DNA of 64,000 nucleotides, from the NCBI GenBank assembly GCA_963662625.1, contig OY759726.1, positions 1,088,001 through 1,152,000 on the forward strand, written 5' to 3'. The stretch comes from Nitrosopumilus sp. (lineage in GTDB: Archaea > Thermoproteota > Nitrososphaeria > Nitrososphaerales > Nitrosopumilaceae). The notes beneath the pieces were generated by a model that worked only from the letters and a program-made list of their open reading frames with translations, ran no database searches and had not been told where the DNA came from. Shown here piece after piece: positions 38,603-47,565 of the stretch (within the stretch, counting starts at the first letter, position 1; each line of letters starts with the position of its first letter). The translations under genes were made by a program, and so were the position numbers.

Positions 38603-38679
38603 TGGTGGACCGGAAGGGATTTGAACCCTTGATCCGATGCATGCCATGCACCTATCCTACCAGGCTAGACGACCGGCCC
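38603..38679 (-). tRNA. tRNA-Ala(GGC), CCA encoded
   Basis: GGGCCGG acceptor with G3:U70; anticodon arm GGTGC-ATGGCAT-GCATC; GGTTCAAATCC. Confidence 0.93.
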
Positions 38680-38836
38680 AAGACTCAAAAACTTGTTGAC
38701 TTAGGTCTCCCCAAAATGGTTATTAACGTTTAGTATTCCGCGCCGTTCCGCCAGCGCCGGGCTCCCGGGGCCTTCCGCGCCGTTCCGCCCGCGCCACGCG
38801 CAAATCCTTAATTGCCCAGCGGGGCAACATGCGTCG

Positions 38837-40453
38837 TTGAAGGAGTGGGTTGTCGTCCTGGCCCTGGCGGTGTCCGTGCCTGCCGCGTTCGCGGCGGAGT
38901 ACCCGGACCTGGGGGTGAGGGTGGACACGGTGGCGGAAGGCCTGGACGTGCCCTGGTCTGTCGCGTGGACCCCGGACGGGTCGATGCTGTTTACCGAAAG
39001 GGCGGGGCAGCTGAGGGTCGTGCAGGACGGGGTGCTGCAGGACGAGCCGGTGCTGTCACTGGACGTGGGGGACGTCGAGGGCGGGCTCCTGGGGGTGGCA
39101 GTCGATCCGGGCTACCAGGAAAACAACTACATCTACCTGTATTACACGGACGCCGGGTTTTTGCAGCTTGAAAACCGGCTGGTCCGGTACGTCTACGACG
39201 GCTCGCAGATCCGCGAGGACGGGACAGTCGTGGACGGGATTCCTGGGGGGCCGTACCACGACGGCGGCCGGATAAAGTTCGGCCCCGACGGCAAGCTCTA
39301 CGTGACGACGGGGGACGCCGGCCTGCCGGACCTGTCGCAGGACCCGGGTTCCCTCGGGGGGAAGATTCTCCGGGTCAACCCCGACGGGACGATACCGCGG
39401 GACAACCCGTTTGGGGACTCGCCGGTCTATTCGCTGGGCCACAGGAACCCGCAGGGGCTTGACTGGGACGCGTCGGGAAACCTGGTGATCACCGAGCACG
39501 GCCCGTCGGGATGGCAGGGGACGGGCCGAGACGAAATCAACCTGGTGACCCCCGGCTCCAACTACGGGTGGCCGGAGGTGTCCGGGGACGGCGCGCGGGA
39601 GGGGATGACCGGCCCGATCCTGCACACGGGGGACGAGGTATGGGCGCCGTCGGGCGCCGCGTTTTACGACTCCGACGCAATCCCGCAGTGGACCGGAAAA
39701 TACTTCGTGGCTGCCCTCCGCGGAAGCCACCTGCACATGGTCGAGTTTGACCTGGAGAACAACGCGGTGCTTTCCGACCAGCGGCTCTTCGAGGGGGATT
39801 TCGGAAGGCTGCGGGACGTCGCGGTGGGGCCTGACGGCAGCCTGTACGTTCTTACCAGCAATCGGGACGGCAGGGGGAACCCGCAGGCCAACGACGACAG
39901 GATACTGAAGATCTCCCCGGCATCCCGGGCCGCGAGCTTCGCCGAATGCGTCGCGGCCGGCAACCCCGTGATGGAGTCGTACCCGAGGCAGTGCGCCACG
40001 CCCGACGGGCTGTGGTTCGTGGAGGACGTCGGGGCCGAGACGTGCAAGGGGGTGTCCGGGGACGACCCCGTCTTCATAACGACGGGCATGGGCAGCTACG
40101 GCGTCGGCGACGTCCTGTCGGTAGGCGGGTGCGTGGACACGAACGCCGTGCAGTCGGGCGAAATCAACCTGGTAGTCCTGGGCCCGGCGGGGCAGGTGGT
40201 GGCGGCGTGGCCCGTGCCAGTGGGGGCAGACGGGACTTTCGCAGGCGAGCTGGCCCTCGACGGGGAGGCGTTCCCGGTAAACGGGACGTACTCGGTAGTG
40301 GGCGAGATAGACGGGCGGCAGTACGCGACGACGGCGTTCACGGTGCCGGAGTTCGGCGCGGTGGCGCTACTGGCGCTTGGCGCGGGGCTGGTGGCCGTCA
40401 TGGCGTTCCGGGTGCGGCCGTATCGGAAGGCCGGCCCTGCAGGCAGCGCGTGA
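38837..40453 (+). CDS. PQQ-dependent glucose/sorbosone dehydrogenase-family protein with a PEFG-CTERM sorting signal
   Basis: Signal peptide, EGGLLG, HDGGRIKFGPDG.LY, GHRNPQG, DEIN, NYGWP, GRLRDV; C-terminal VPEFG followed by a TM helix and basic tail. Confidence 0.88.
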   Translation: MKEWVVVLALAVSVPAAFAAEYPDLGVRVDTVAEGLDVPWSVAWTPDGSMLFTERAGQLRVVQDGVLQDEPVLSLDVGDVEGGLLGVAVDPGYQENNYIYLYYTDAGFLQLENRLVRYVYDGSQIREDGTVVDGIPGGPYHDGGRIKFGPDGKLYVTTGDAGLPDLSQDPGSLGGKILRVNPDGTIPRDNPFGDSPVYSLGHRNPQGLDWDASGNLVITEHGPSGWQGTGRDEINLVTPGSNYGWPEVSGDGAREGMTGPILHTGDEVWAPSGAAFYDSDAIPQWTGKYFVAALRGSHLHMVEFDLENNAVLSDQRLFEGDFGRLRDVAVGPDGSLYVLTSNRDGRGNPQANDDRILKISPASRAASFAECVAAGNPVMESYPRQCATPDGLWFVEDVGAETCKGVSGDDPVFITTGMGSYGVGDVLSVGGCVDTNAVQSGEINLVVLGPAGQVVAAWPVPVGADGTFAGELALDGEAFPVNGTYSVVGEIDGRQYATTAFTVPEFGAVALLALGAGLVAVMAFRVRPYRKAGPAGSA

Positions 40454-40504
40454 TCCGGGCCGCGCTTCAGGCTAAGGCCGCGCCGGGACCCGGGGGAGCG
40501 GGGG

Positions 40505-40623
40505 CCCGCGCCTTCCGTCCCGCGCCTTCCGTCCCGCGCCTTCCGTCCCGCGCCTTCCGTCCCGCGCCTTCCGTCCCGCGCCTTCCGTCCCGCGCCTTCC
40601 GTCCCGCGCCTTCCGTCCCGCGC
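40505..40623. repeat. Perfect tandem repeat: 14-bp unit CCCGCGCCTTCCGT, 8.5 copies
   Basis: Read directly; intergenic, ending about 45 nt upstream of hisS. Confidence 0.95.
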
Positions 40624-40667
40624 AACAGAAATGCCTAAATCCGCAGGCACGTGCTCAGTAGTTACTC

Positions 40668-41951
40668 ATGGATCTGCCGCGCGGAATGAAGGACATGGAT
40701 GGGGAGGAATACTCCGGCATAGAGCACATACGGCGGCACTTCAGGCGGCTGTCCGGCCTGTACGGGTTCTCGTTCATGGATCCGTCGCCGATAGAGCTCC
40801 TGTCCGTACTGGAAACAAAGTCCGGCCCGGGGATACGGGACGAGGTGTACCATTTCAGGGACAAGGGGGGAAGGGACGTCGCGCTGCGCTTTGACTTCAC
40901 GGTGGGCCTGACGAGGCACGTGGCCTCGCAAAAGTCGATGCGGCTTCCCTCCAAGATCTCCGCGTTCGGCGGCGTGTTCAGGTACGACGAGCCGCAAAAG
41001 GGCAGGTACCGGCACTTCCACCAGTGGGACGTCGAGATATACGGCAGGCCCACCCTGGAGTCTGAGGCCGAGGTGATAGAGTTCACGTCCAGGCTGTTTG
41101 ACTCCCTCCTCCTCAAGGGCATCACGATCGACGTCAGCCACAGGGGCCTGGTAGAGTCCTACATCCGCGGGGTCTTCGCCGGCGCCGACGGGCGGGCGGT
41201 CGCCGACATCCTGCGCGCGGTGGACAAAACCCAGAAGAAGGCGCGGCAGGAGATCGTCGACGAGTTCAAGGACAGGTATGATCCGGACAAGCTCGGGAAG
41301 ATACTGGACTTTTCAGAGGTCAGGGGCACGGTCAGCCAGGTGGAGCGGTCCGTCGACACGTCGCGGCTGGAATGCTGGGACCACCTGAAGCGGCTGGTCG
41401 GCTCGCTGGAGAACCGCGGCGTGACCAACGTCAGGATCAACTTCGGGATAGTGCGCGGGCTGGACTACTACTCCGGGACGGTCTTCGAGGTGTTCGACAC
41501 GAACTCCACGCTCGGCGCGCTCGCGGGCGGGGGGCGGTACGACTCCCTGACGCGGGCGTTCGGAAGGGAGGACATCGGCGCGACCGGGGTCGCGGGCGGG
41601 GTAGAGCGGATCATCCTCACGATGCAGGAGCAGAACGTCGAGCCCCAGGCCCGGCAGGACAGGGTGGCCGTGCTGTACGTCAACGACGAAATGCGCAAGG
41701 TGGCGCTCTCCATCGCGTCCATGCTGCGCCTGAACGGCATCCCCGCCGACGTCGACATCAGCGGCAGGAGGTTCCACAAGCAGATGGAGCAGGCGGGCGG
41801 ATCGAGGCTCTGCATAATAGTCGGGCCCCAAGAGATGGAGGAGGGCAACGTGGTCCTGAAAGACATGAGGGGCGGGACCGAGGGGACGGTGCCGCTTGAA
41901 AAGCTCACGGACGACCCGGGATCCGTCCTTAATTTAGGAAGGCCCGGGTGA
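40668..41951 (+). CDS. hisS: Histidine--tRNA ligase
   Basis: PRGMKD, LRFDFT, FRYDEPQKGRYRHFHQ, RGLDYY, GGGRYD. Confidence 0.96.
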   Translation: MDLPRGMKDMDGEEYSGIEHIRRHFRRLSGLYGFSFMDPSPIELLSVLETKSGPGIRDEVYHFRDKGGRDVALRFDFTVGLTRHVASQKSMRLPSKISAFGGVFRYDEPQKGRYRHFHQWDVEIYGRPTLESEAEVIEFTSRLFDSLLLKGITIDVSHRGLVESYIRGVFAGADGRAVADILRAVDKTQKKARQEIVDEFKDRYDPDKLGKILDFSEVRGTVSQVERSVDTSRLECWDHLKRLVGSLENRGVTNVRINFGIVRGLDYYSGTVFEVFDTNSTLGALAGGGRYDSLTRAFGREDIGATGVAGGVERIILTMQEQNVEPQARQDRVAVLYVNDEMRKVALSIASMLRLNGIPADVDISGRRFHKQMEQAGGSRLCIIVGPQEMEEGNVVLKDMRGGTEGTVPLEKLTDDPGSVLNLGRPG

Positions 41952-42594
41952 GCATCATTATCTCCGGGCCCGTGGTCATGGATCCAACCACGACGTTGTT
42001 GTTGTTGGCCAAGATCCCCGACGACACGTACGGTATGCCGTTGTTGACCGTGGACTGCTCCACCCTGGTGCCCAGGACCCTCGCAAACGCCTTCATGTCC
42101 TCCGCGTCTGCCTCCGGGTGGATGACCGCCCCCGCGTTGTTCGCTGCCAGGACAGCCCCCGCCTGGTAGAACCCCGCGATCCTCCTCTGGCACACCTCGA
42201 CTCCCAAAACCCGCGACACCGTCTCGCAGTCCTCCCTCGAGAGCCACGGAGACACTATGGCGCCCCTGTCGTTGGCGCTGATCACGTTTCCGAGCGCCGT
42301 GTACCTCGAGTCCAGGACGCCGACGTTGAGCCCCGTCTCGCTCTTCAGGTAGTCGTATTCGTCCAAGTACGCCGTCTTTGGTAGAAGTATGCCGTGGTTG
42401 TTCATCACCGCCAGCGCCCCGATCAGCCTGGTGTTGGCGACCGCGGTGAACAGCGCCTCCGCCCCCAAGTACTCGGCCAGCTTGTCCGCCTTCGACCTGG
42501 CAAACCCCATAGGGAGCAGGACGTAGTCGTCGTTGGCGTTGACGTATATGCCGATGTTTGGTCCCCTGTAGACGTCGTACTTTATGATGTCCAT
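41929..42594 (-). CDS. eif6: Translation initiation factor 6 (aIF6)
   Basis: NIGIY, ALGNVISAND, TVN.G..V.SG..ANN, TTGPE; ATG at 42594. Confidence 0.92.
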   Translation of the reverse strand: MDIIKYDVYRGPNIGIYVNANDDYVLLPMGFARSKADKLAEYLGAEALFTAVANTRLIGALAVMNNHGILLPKTAYLDEYDYLKSETGLNVGVLDSRYTALGNVISANDRGAIVSPWLSREDCETVSRVLGVEVCQRRIAGFYQAGAVLAANNAGAVIHPEADAEDMKAFARVLGTRVEQSTVNNGIPYVSSGILANNNNVVVGSMTTGPEIMMLTRAFLN

Positions 42595-42686
42595 GGCCTG
42601 TGGGGGTTCCGCAAACGATATGAACGTAAGGGATGGCACATGCGCGCGCGTGCACTCCCGGCACGTGGGGAACGCGGGGAATTTAG

Positions 42687-42701
42687 TCTAGCTTTAAATA
42701 A
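42687..42701 (+). promoter_or_regulatory. TATA-containing promoter element TCTAGCTTTAAATAA of ferredoxin 1
   Basis: An identical 15-mer lies at the same distance upstream of ferredoxin 2. Confidence 0.7.
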
Positions 42702-43229
<528 letters not shown>

Positions 43230-43304
43230 GCCGGAAGGGGGGCCGAAACCGCGTACCCGGGCGGCGCGTAGCCGCGCCGGATCGTTTAGTCGCGACTAAT
43301 TTTA

Positions 43305-43319
43305 TCTAGCTTTAAATAA
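43305..43319 (+). promoter_or_regulatory. TATA-containing promoter element TCTAGCTTTAAATAA of ferredoxin 2
   Basis: Identical to 42687-42701, with the same 21-nt gap to the ATG. Confidence 0.7.
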
Positions 43320-43340
43320 TATTCCGATCAATAATGGGTC

Positions 43341-43886
43341 ATGGCAGAACTAGTCATACCAGAGGATTTCTGTGCAGAGAAGGAACCGAAAGGCAAGACT
43401 TCCCACGGCGACGGCGAGAACTTCCATTGGATATGGGGCGACGGCAACTCCGAGGGCGCCGCATTCTCGAACGACGACGTAAAGGCGGCGTACGAGGCGC
43501 GCGGGGAGGAGCAAGTTCCCCTGGGCATCCACGGCACCACAGTCGCGGTCGACTGGGACTCCTGCGTCGCGGCAGGCTCGTGCATGAGCGTGTGCCCCGT
43601 CCAGACGTTCCAGTGGTACAGGACCGAAAAAGACATCCCGGCCAAAGACGCCTTGGGTGAAACCTTCGAGGGCACCGGGCTCACCGAGCAGGACGAGAGG
43701 CTGGACTACACCGACAAGTCCCAGCCGATCCGGGAGCATGATTGCACCGTCTGCATGGCGTGCCAGGAAATCTGTCCTGAGGGCGCGATCAGAATCGAGC
43801 CGTCAAACCAGGAATGGCACGAGAAAGCCGCGGGGACATTCGTAAAGATGCCGTCCGGCTCGGCCAACCCGCACGCACACGATTAA
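43341..43886 (+). CDS. Dicluster ferredoxin paralog (Zfx-like)
   Basis: [26 protein letters not shown] and CTVCMACQEICP. Confidence 0.9.
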   Translation: MAELVIPEDFCAEKEPKGKTSHGDGENFHWIWGDGNSEGAAFSNDDVKAAYEARGEEQVPLGIHGTTVAVDWDSCVAAGSCMSVCPVQTFQWYRTEKDIPAKDALGETFEGTGLTEQDERLDYTDKSQPIREHDCTVCMACQEICPEGAIRIEPSNQEWHEKAAGTFVKMPSGSANPHAHD

Positions 43887-43895
43887 AGAATTCAA

Positions 43896-43916
43896 TTCTT
43901 TTTTCATTCTTTTTTC
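43896..43916 (+). terminator. Oligo-T terminator after the ferredoxin pair
   Basis: TTCTTTTTTCATTCTTTTTT directly after the stop codon. Confidence 0.65.
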
Positions 43917-43957
43917 CAGTCTCAACAAATTTTAACCGCCGCGTGCCATGGTTCCTT

Positions 43958-44041
43958 GCAGAGGTCGCCTAGCTCGGTAGGGCGCGGGCCTTGAGAGCCT
44001 GTGTGCGCAAGCATACGGGGGTTCAAATCCCTCCCTCTGCG
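43958..44041 (+). tRNA. tRNA-Ser(TGA), CCA not encoded
   Basis: GCAGAGG/CCTCTGC acceptor with G discriminator; anticodon loop CTTGAGA; long variable arm; GGTTCAAATCC. Confidence 0.93.
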
Positions 44042-44106
44042 CTCCATGTCGTTCTGGTACCCCGCACCTGACCTTCCGTTTAAAATGGAGGCGTTCTTAA
44101 GTAATC

Positions 44107-44298
44107 ATGGCACGAGACAGGCAGCTTGACATACACAACACCAAATACAGGATAAATTTGGCGGAAAAGACCATCATGGAAAAGTTTCCCGCGAACGGCA
44201 AAACCGTATGCAGGTTCCTTGAGAGGCTGAGGTTTGAGAACAAGTCGCCTGGCAGAATAGCAAACCATGCCGATCTTCAAAGAGAATCCTTGCAGTAG
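44107..44298 (+). pseudogene. Truncated N-terminal fragment resembling an archaeal tyrosine integrase
   Basis: LDIHNTKYRI...RFLERLRFENKSPGRIANH resembles integrase N-termini from recall. AT-rich, begins 65 nt after the tRNA-Ser 3' end, and stops after 63 aa. Confidence 0.5.
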
Positions 44299-44472
44299 GT
44301 GGCTGTTATGGACAAGCCCAGCATCCAATATCACATTGGCTTGCCCTTGAGTATCAGGATCATGGCCAGGGTTGCGATGGCAATCATCGCTCCGGCATAC
44401 GGCAGCCCCATTCCACAGGGTCAACCATTGGCGATCAACCCAAGCTAAATACGATGATCCCTTGGTTCCTGC

Positions 44473-44685
44473 ATGACGCCCGTCAAGGAACTGCGTGACG
44501 AGATTGCCATGCTGAAGGCCGGGGCCAAGAGGGACGCCGCGGAGAAGGCACGCCTGAAAGGCTGCTGTCCGAGGACTCCGCCACGGCGAACCTCGCGAGG
44601 AGGCTGGCATACTACGAGAACCCGCATGCCCCCCGTCCAGGGATTCCATCCCGACGCGGCAAAGGAAGGCCAAGGCCGGGGCCGG
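44473..44685 (+). mobile_element. Frameshifted IS66-like transposase N-terminal remnant
   Basis: Coiled coil VKELRDEIAMLKA..., then in another frame LARRLAYYENPHAP, matching the YENPHxPPS-type motif. Confidence 0.55.
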
Positions 44686-44820
44686 CGTCGGCCAGCAGGT
44701 GCAGCCTGGCGAACCCGCGCGTCACCTTCCACTTCTTGCGTATCCACTCGCCGCGGTTGCACTGCTTCAGGCCCGTGGCGCACGGCGAGCGTCCCGGTGG
44801 CGCCCGCCTGTCCCTGCAAC
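44686..44820 (-). mobile_element. IS5-family transposase remnant
   Basis: TLAV / ATGLKQCNRGEWIRKKWKVTRGFARLHLLADA. The frameshift falls where the first catalytic Asp of the D(A/S)TG motif should be. Confidence 0.7.
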
Positions 44821-44881
44821 GGGACGGAGTTTTTTCACGCAGCACCGGACGGCCGGACCAAAGCACCCCCCCTGCCGCGGG

Positions 44882-45286
44882 CTAGATCGTGCCTTGGATG
44901 TTTTCGACCACCTTGAAGATCTTGACCATGTACTGGCCCTCGAAGATGTTGACCGCCTGGCCGTCCACCACGTTCCTTACCCTGAACTTGTACTCGTAGG
45001 AGCCGTCGTCGTCCACCCCCACCTGCGCCACGTGGACGGGAACCCCGTCCTGGTAGAGCAGGATTATCACGGGATGGTTTTCGGCGGGGTTGCTCACGGA
45101 ACCTGCCACGTACCCCCACGGCAGGATGTTGTTCTCGGGCACCTCCATGGTGGTGACGGTTTTTTCCAGGCTCAGCCCCCAGCTGATGGCGGTCGTGGTC
45201 GTCTGCGTGGCCGCGTATGACTGGGGCGCCACTGCCAGCATCCCCAGCGCAAACAGGCCCAATGCCGCAACCGCGAGCATTCTCAT
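44882..45286 (-). CDS. Secreted hypothetical protein
   Basis: Signal peptide (..APQSYA) and a beta-rich mature domain with normal codon use. Confidence 0.7.
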   Translation of the reverse strand: MRMLAVAALGLFALGMLAVAPQSYAATQTTTTAISWGLSLEKTVTTMEVPENNILPWGYVAGSVSNPAENHPVIILLYQDGVPVHVAQVGVDDDGSYEYKFRVRNVVDGQAVNIFEGQYMVKIFKVVENIQGTI

Positions 45287-45480
45287 GCTACAAGCAAGCC
45301 CCGCGCCCGATAAAAGAATTTCTACACTTTTGTCCTGCCCGCGCTACCGGGATTTCGGGCACAGGGATCGCTGCCTACCTTGCGGCCCGCGGGCCCGGGG
45401 AGCCCCCGGGATCGAGCATGCCGGGCCAAAGCGGGCCTTGGCCGCGCCGCGCCGGACGTGGCCGCAGCGGCGCCTGGGAA

Positions 45481-46005
45481 TCACGCAAGTCCCAGGCTTT
45501 CGCCAAAGTAATACCCCGCAAGGATCGTCCCCGCAGACCAGACGCAGGAACCTGCAAAGGTGTACGACACGAACTTCAGGGCCCCCATCTTGAGCAGCCC
45601 GGCGGGAACCGATATCATCTCGCGCATCACGGGCACCATCCTGCCAAAAAACACCGCCTTGTCGCCATGCTTTTCGAACCATGCCTCGACGCGTTCCAGC
45701 TTTTCCTCCGAAAACCTGGCGTACCTGAGGTACCTCAGCAATATGGCCCTGCCAAGCTTCAGCGCGACCAGGTAAATCGCGCTCGTCCCGACAGTGGCCC
45801 CTGCCGCACCCAGGACTATCATCAGCGCCACGTTGTGCAGGGGCAGGCCCTGCTGGGACGCCAGGAACCCCGCAGTGGGGAACACCGCCAGGGTGGGGAT
45901 CGGGGGAAACACGGTCTCAACCAGCGCCGCCAGGAATATCCCCTCGTACAGGTGCCCCGAGATGAACTCGTAAACCCACGACAAAAAAGAGTCCAACTGC
46001 TCCAA
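45481..46005 (-). CDS. DedA-family membrane protein
   Basis: ETVFPPIP, GRMVPVMREMISVPAG, WFEKHG. Confidence 0.88.
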   Translation of the reverse strand: MEQLDSFLSWVYEFISGHLYEGIFLAALVETVFPPIPTLAVFPTAGFLASQQGLPLHNVALMIVLGAAGATVGTSAIYLVALKLGRAILLRYLRYARFSEEKLERVEAWFEKHGDKAVFFGRMVPVMREMISVPAGLLKMGALKFVSYTFAGSCVWSAGTILAGYYFGESLGLA

Positions 46006-46153
46006 TGACTTGGGGGGCCTGCCCCGTGCTAAATTGCTTTACAAGCTCCGCGCCTGGTGGTGCCCCCGCGCGAGCCTGGCGCAGGAGGCCCACCCGTGCG
46101 AAACCGCGCCCCAATACGTTAAATCTAAATTAATCGGGTGCGCATTGGATCCA

Positions 46154-46522
46154 ATGCCCAGGCATCAGGAATTAGAAAAAGAAAAGTACATCTCGCTTGA
46201 GACGTACAGGAAGAACAGCGACGCGGTCAGGACCCCGGTGTGGTTCGTCCTGCACGACGGCCTCGTCTGCGTGGTGACCAGGGAGGCCACGGGAAAGGTA
46301 AAGCGGCTGAGGAACAACCGGGACGTGAGGGTCGCGGCATGCGGCATGAAAGGGGACGTCACGGGGCAGTGGCTCTCGGGAACCGCCACCCGGCTGCCCG
46401 ACGACGAGTCGAGGCGCGTCCTGGAGCTCCGGGACAAGAAATACGGGTTCATGGCAAAGATTGCAAAGTTTGCAAGCAGGGGAAAGGGAGACTTTGTGGC
46501 CTACTCGATCGCGCTGGAATAG
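46154..46522 (+). CDS. PPOX-class F420-dependent oxidoreductase
   Basis: YISLETYRKN...TPVWF, GKVKRLRNN..V.VA.C; ATG at 46154. Confidence 0.85.
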   Translation: MPRHQELEKEKYISLETYRKNSDAVRTPVWFVLHDGLVCVVTREATGKVKRLRNNRDVRVAACGMKGDVTGQWLSGTATRLPDDESRRVLELRDKKYGFMAKIAKFASRGKGDFVAYSIALE

Positions 46523-46533
46523 TCCCGGCCCGC

Positions 46534-46716
46534 CTACGAGTACGCGAATGCGCCTACGGACGATTTCTGGCCACTGTACGGGCACGTCTTGCCATCGTCG
46601 CCGCCGTCCTGCCCGTCAGGAGCAGGCACGACAGGCTGCGCAAATGACGAGTCCGCCGCCGGCACGACTGCCATCATCACCAAGAGGGCTGCGACGGCTA
46701 CTATTGCGACCTTCAT
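46534..46716 (-). CDS. Small secreted protein with an acidic stretch and a single C-terminal Cys (GKTCP)
   Basis: Signal-peptide-like MKVAIVAVAALLVMMAVVPAA; TATA-like CTTAAA upstream. Confidence 0.55.
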   Translation of the reverse strand: MKVAIVAVAALLVMMAVVPAADSSFAQPVVPAPDGQDGGDDGKTCPYSGQKSSVGAFAYS

Positions 46717-46724
46717 GGCTAACA

Positions 46725-46940
46725 CTACCCGCCCGTGAGATTTAAGGTTTTATGCCCGGGGGGGGAGCAGAAGCACGTCTCGGACCACCGCACCTTCCCG
46801 GATCCGGAGATCCTGGCGCGCCTCATCGATTCCAAGATCCCCCCCTCCGGCTCCTGGCCCTCGATCGTCCCGTCAGTCAGCCTCCTGTGCAGTTCGGGCA
46901 GCCTTTCCATGACGGGCCTTGCCCTGACGGGGTAAATCAT
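46725..46940 (-). pseudogene. Apparently truncated conserved hypothetical gene
   Basis: LTDGTI..Q.P.G..I..SMRRA...WSETCFCSPP resembles a small protein family I recall as continuing LxHER...; here the frame runs into promoter-like DNA instead. Confidence 0.4.
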
Positions 46941-47028
46941 GACCGTGCGCGGGGGCCTGCCGTAATTAACCGTTGCACCGGCGGCAAAAAGCTCAGGTTA
47001 ATAGCCGGACGCGCCACAGGAAGCCCAG

Positions 47029-47445
47029 TTGAGCTACAGGTTTTTGGATCACGCGACCGACGCGTTCATCGAGGTAACTGCCGGGGACCTCAGGGAGGCG
47101 TTCTCCGTGGCGGCCGACGCGGTGGTCGGCCTGACGCTGGATCAGGGAAGGGTGGAAGAGAGGCAGGAGGTGGGGTTTTCGGTGACGGGGAAGGATCTGA
47201 GGTACCTGCTGTTTGGCTGGCTAGAGGAGATCACGTTCGTGCTGATCACCCGCGGCTTTGCCATCCGGAGGACGGAGTTTGACATCGCCGAGGACGGCGG
47301 GTACCGGATCTCCGCGAGGGCGTTCGGCGAGCCGCTCGACCTTGAGAAGCACGGCTTCAAGGTAGAGGTCAAGGCGCCAACGTTCCACGGGATGGAGATC
47401 AGGCAGGGCGACGTGGTGCTCTTGAGGTTCCTGCTCGATCTCTGA
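47029..47445 (+). CDS. Archease
   Basis: YRFLDHATD, LLF.WLEE, EVKAPTFH, C-terminal LDL. Confidence 0.92.
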   Translation: MSYRFLDHATDAFIEVTAGDLREAFSVAADAVVGLTLDQGRVEERQEVGFSVTGKDLRYLLFGWLEEITFVLITRGFAIRRTEFDIAEDGGYRISARAFGEPLDLEKHGFKVEVKAPTFHGMEIRQGDVVLLRFLLDL

Positions 47446-47565
47446 GCCGCGATCCGCGCGGAGGCGGGCCCGCAGGGTGCTGGCCCGGCGCCATTCTATA
47501 TAGTATATGGCGGTTACGAAAACTATGCCAATCATTTCTAAATAACCTCCAAGGGCACTCCAACC

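Noticed and set aside
40505-40623. 14-bp array as a CRISPR array or a coding repeat
   Set aside because: No spacers, the unit is too short, and the overlapping ORFs are low-complexity shadows.
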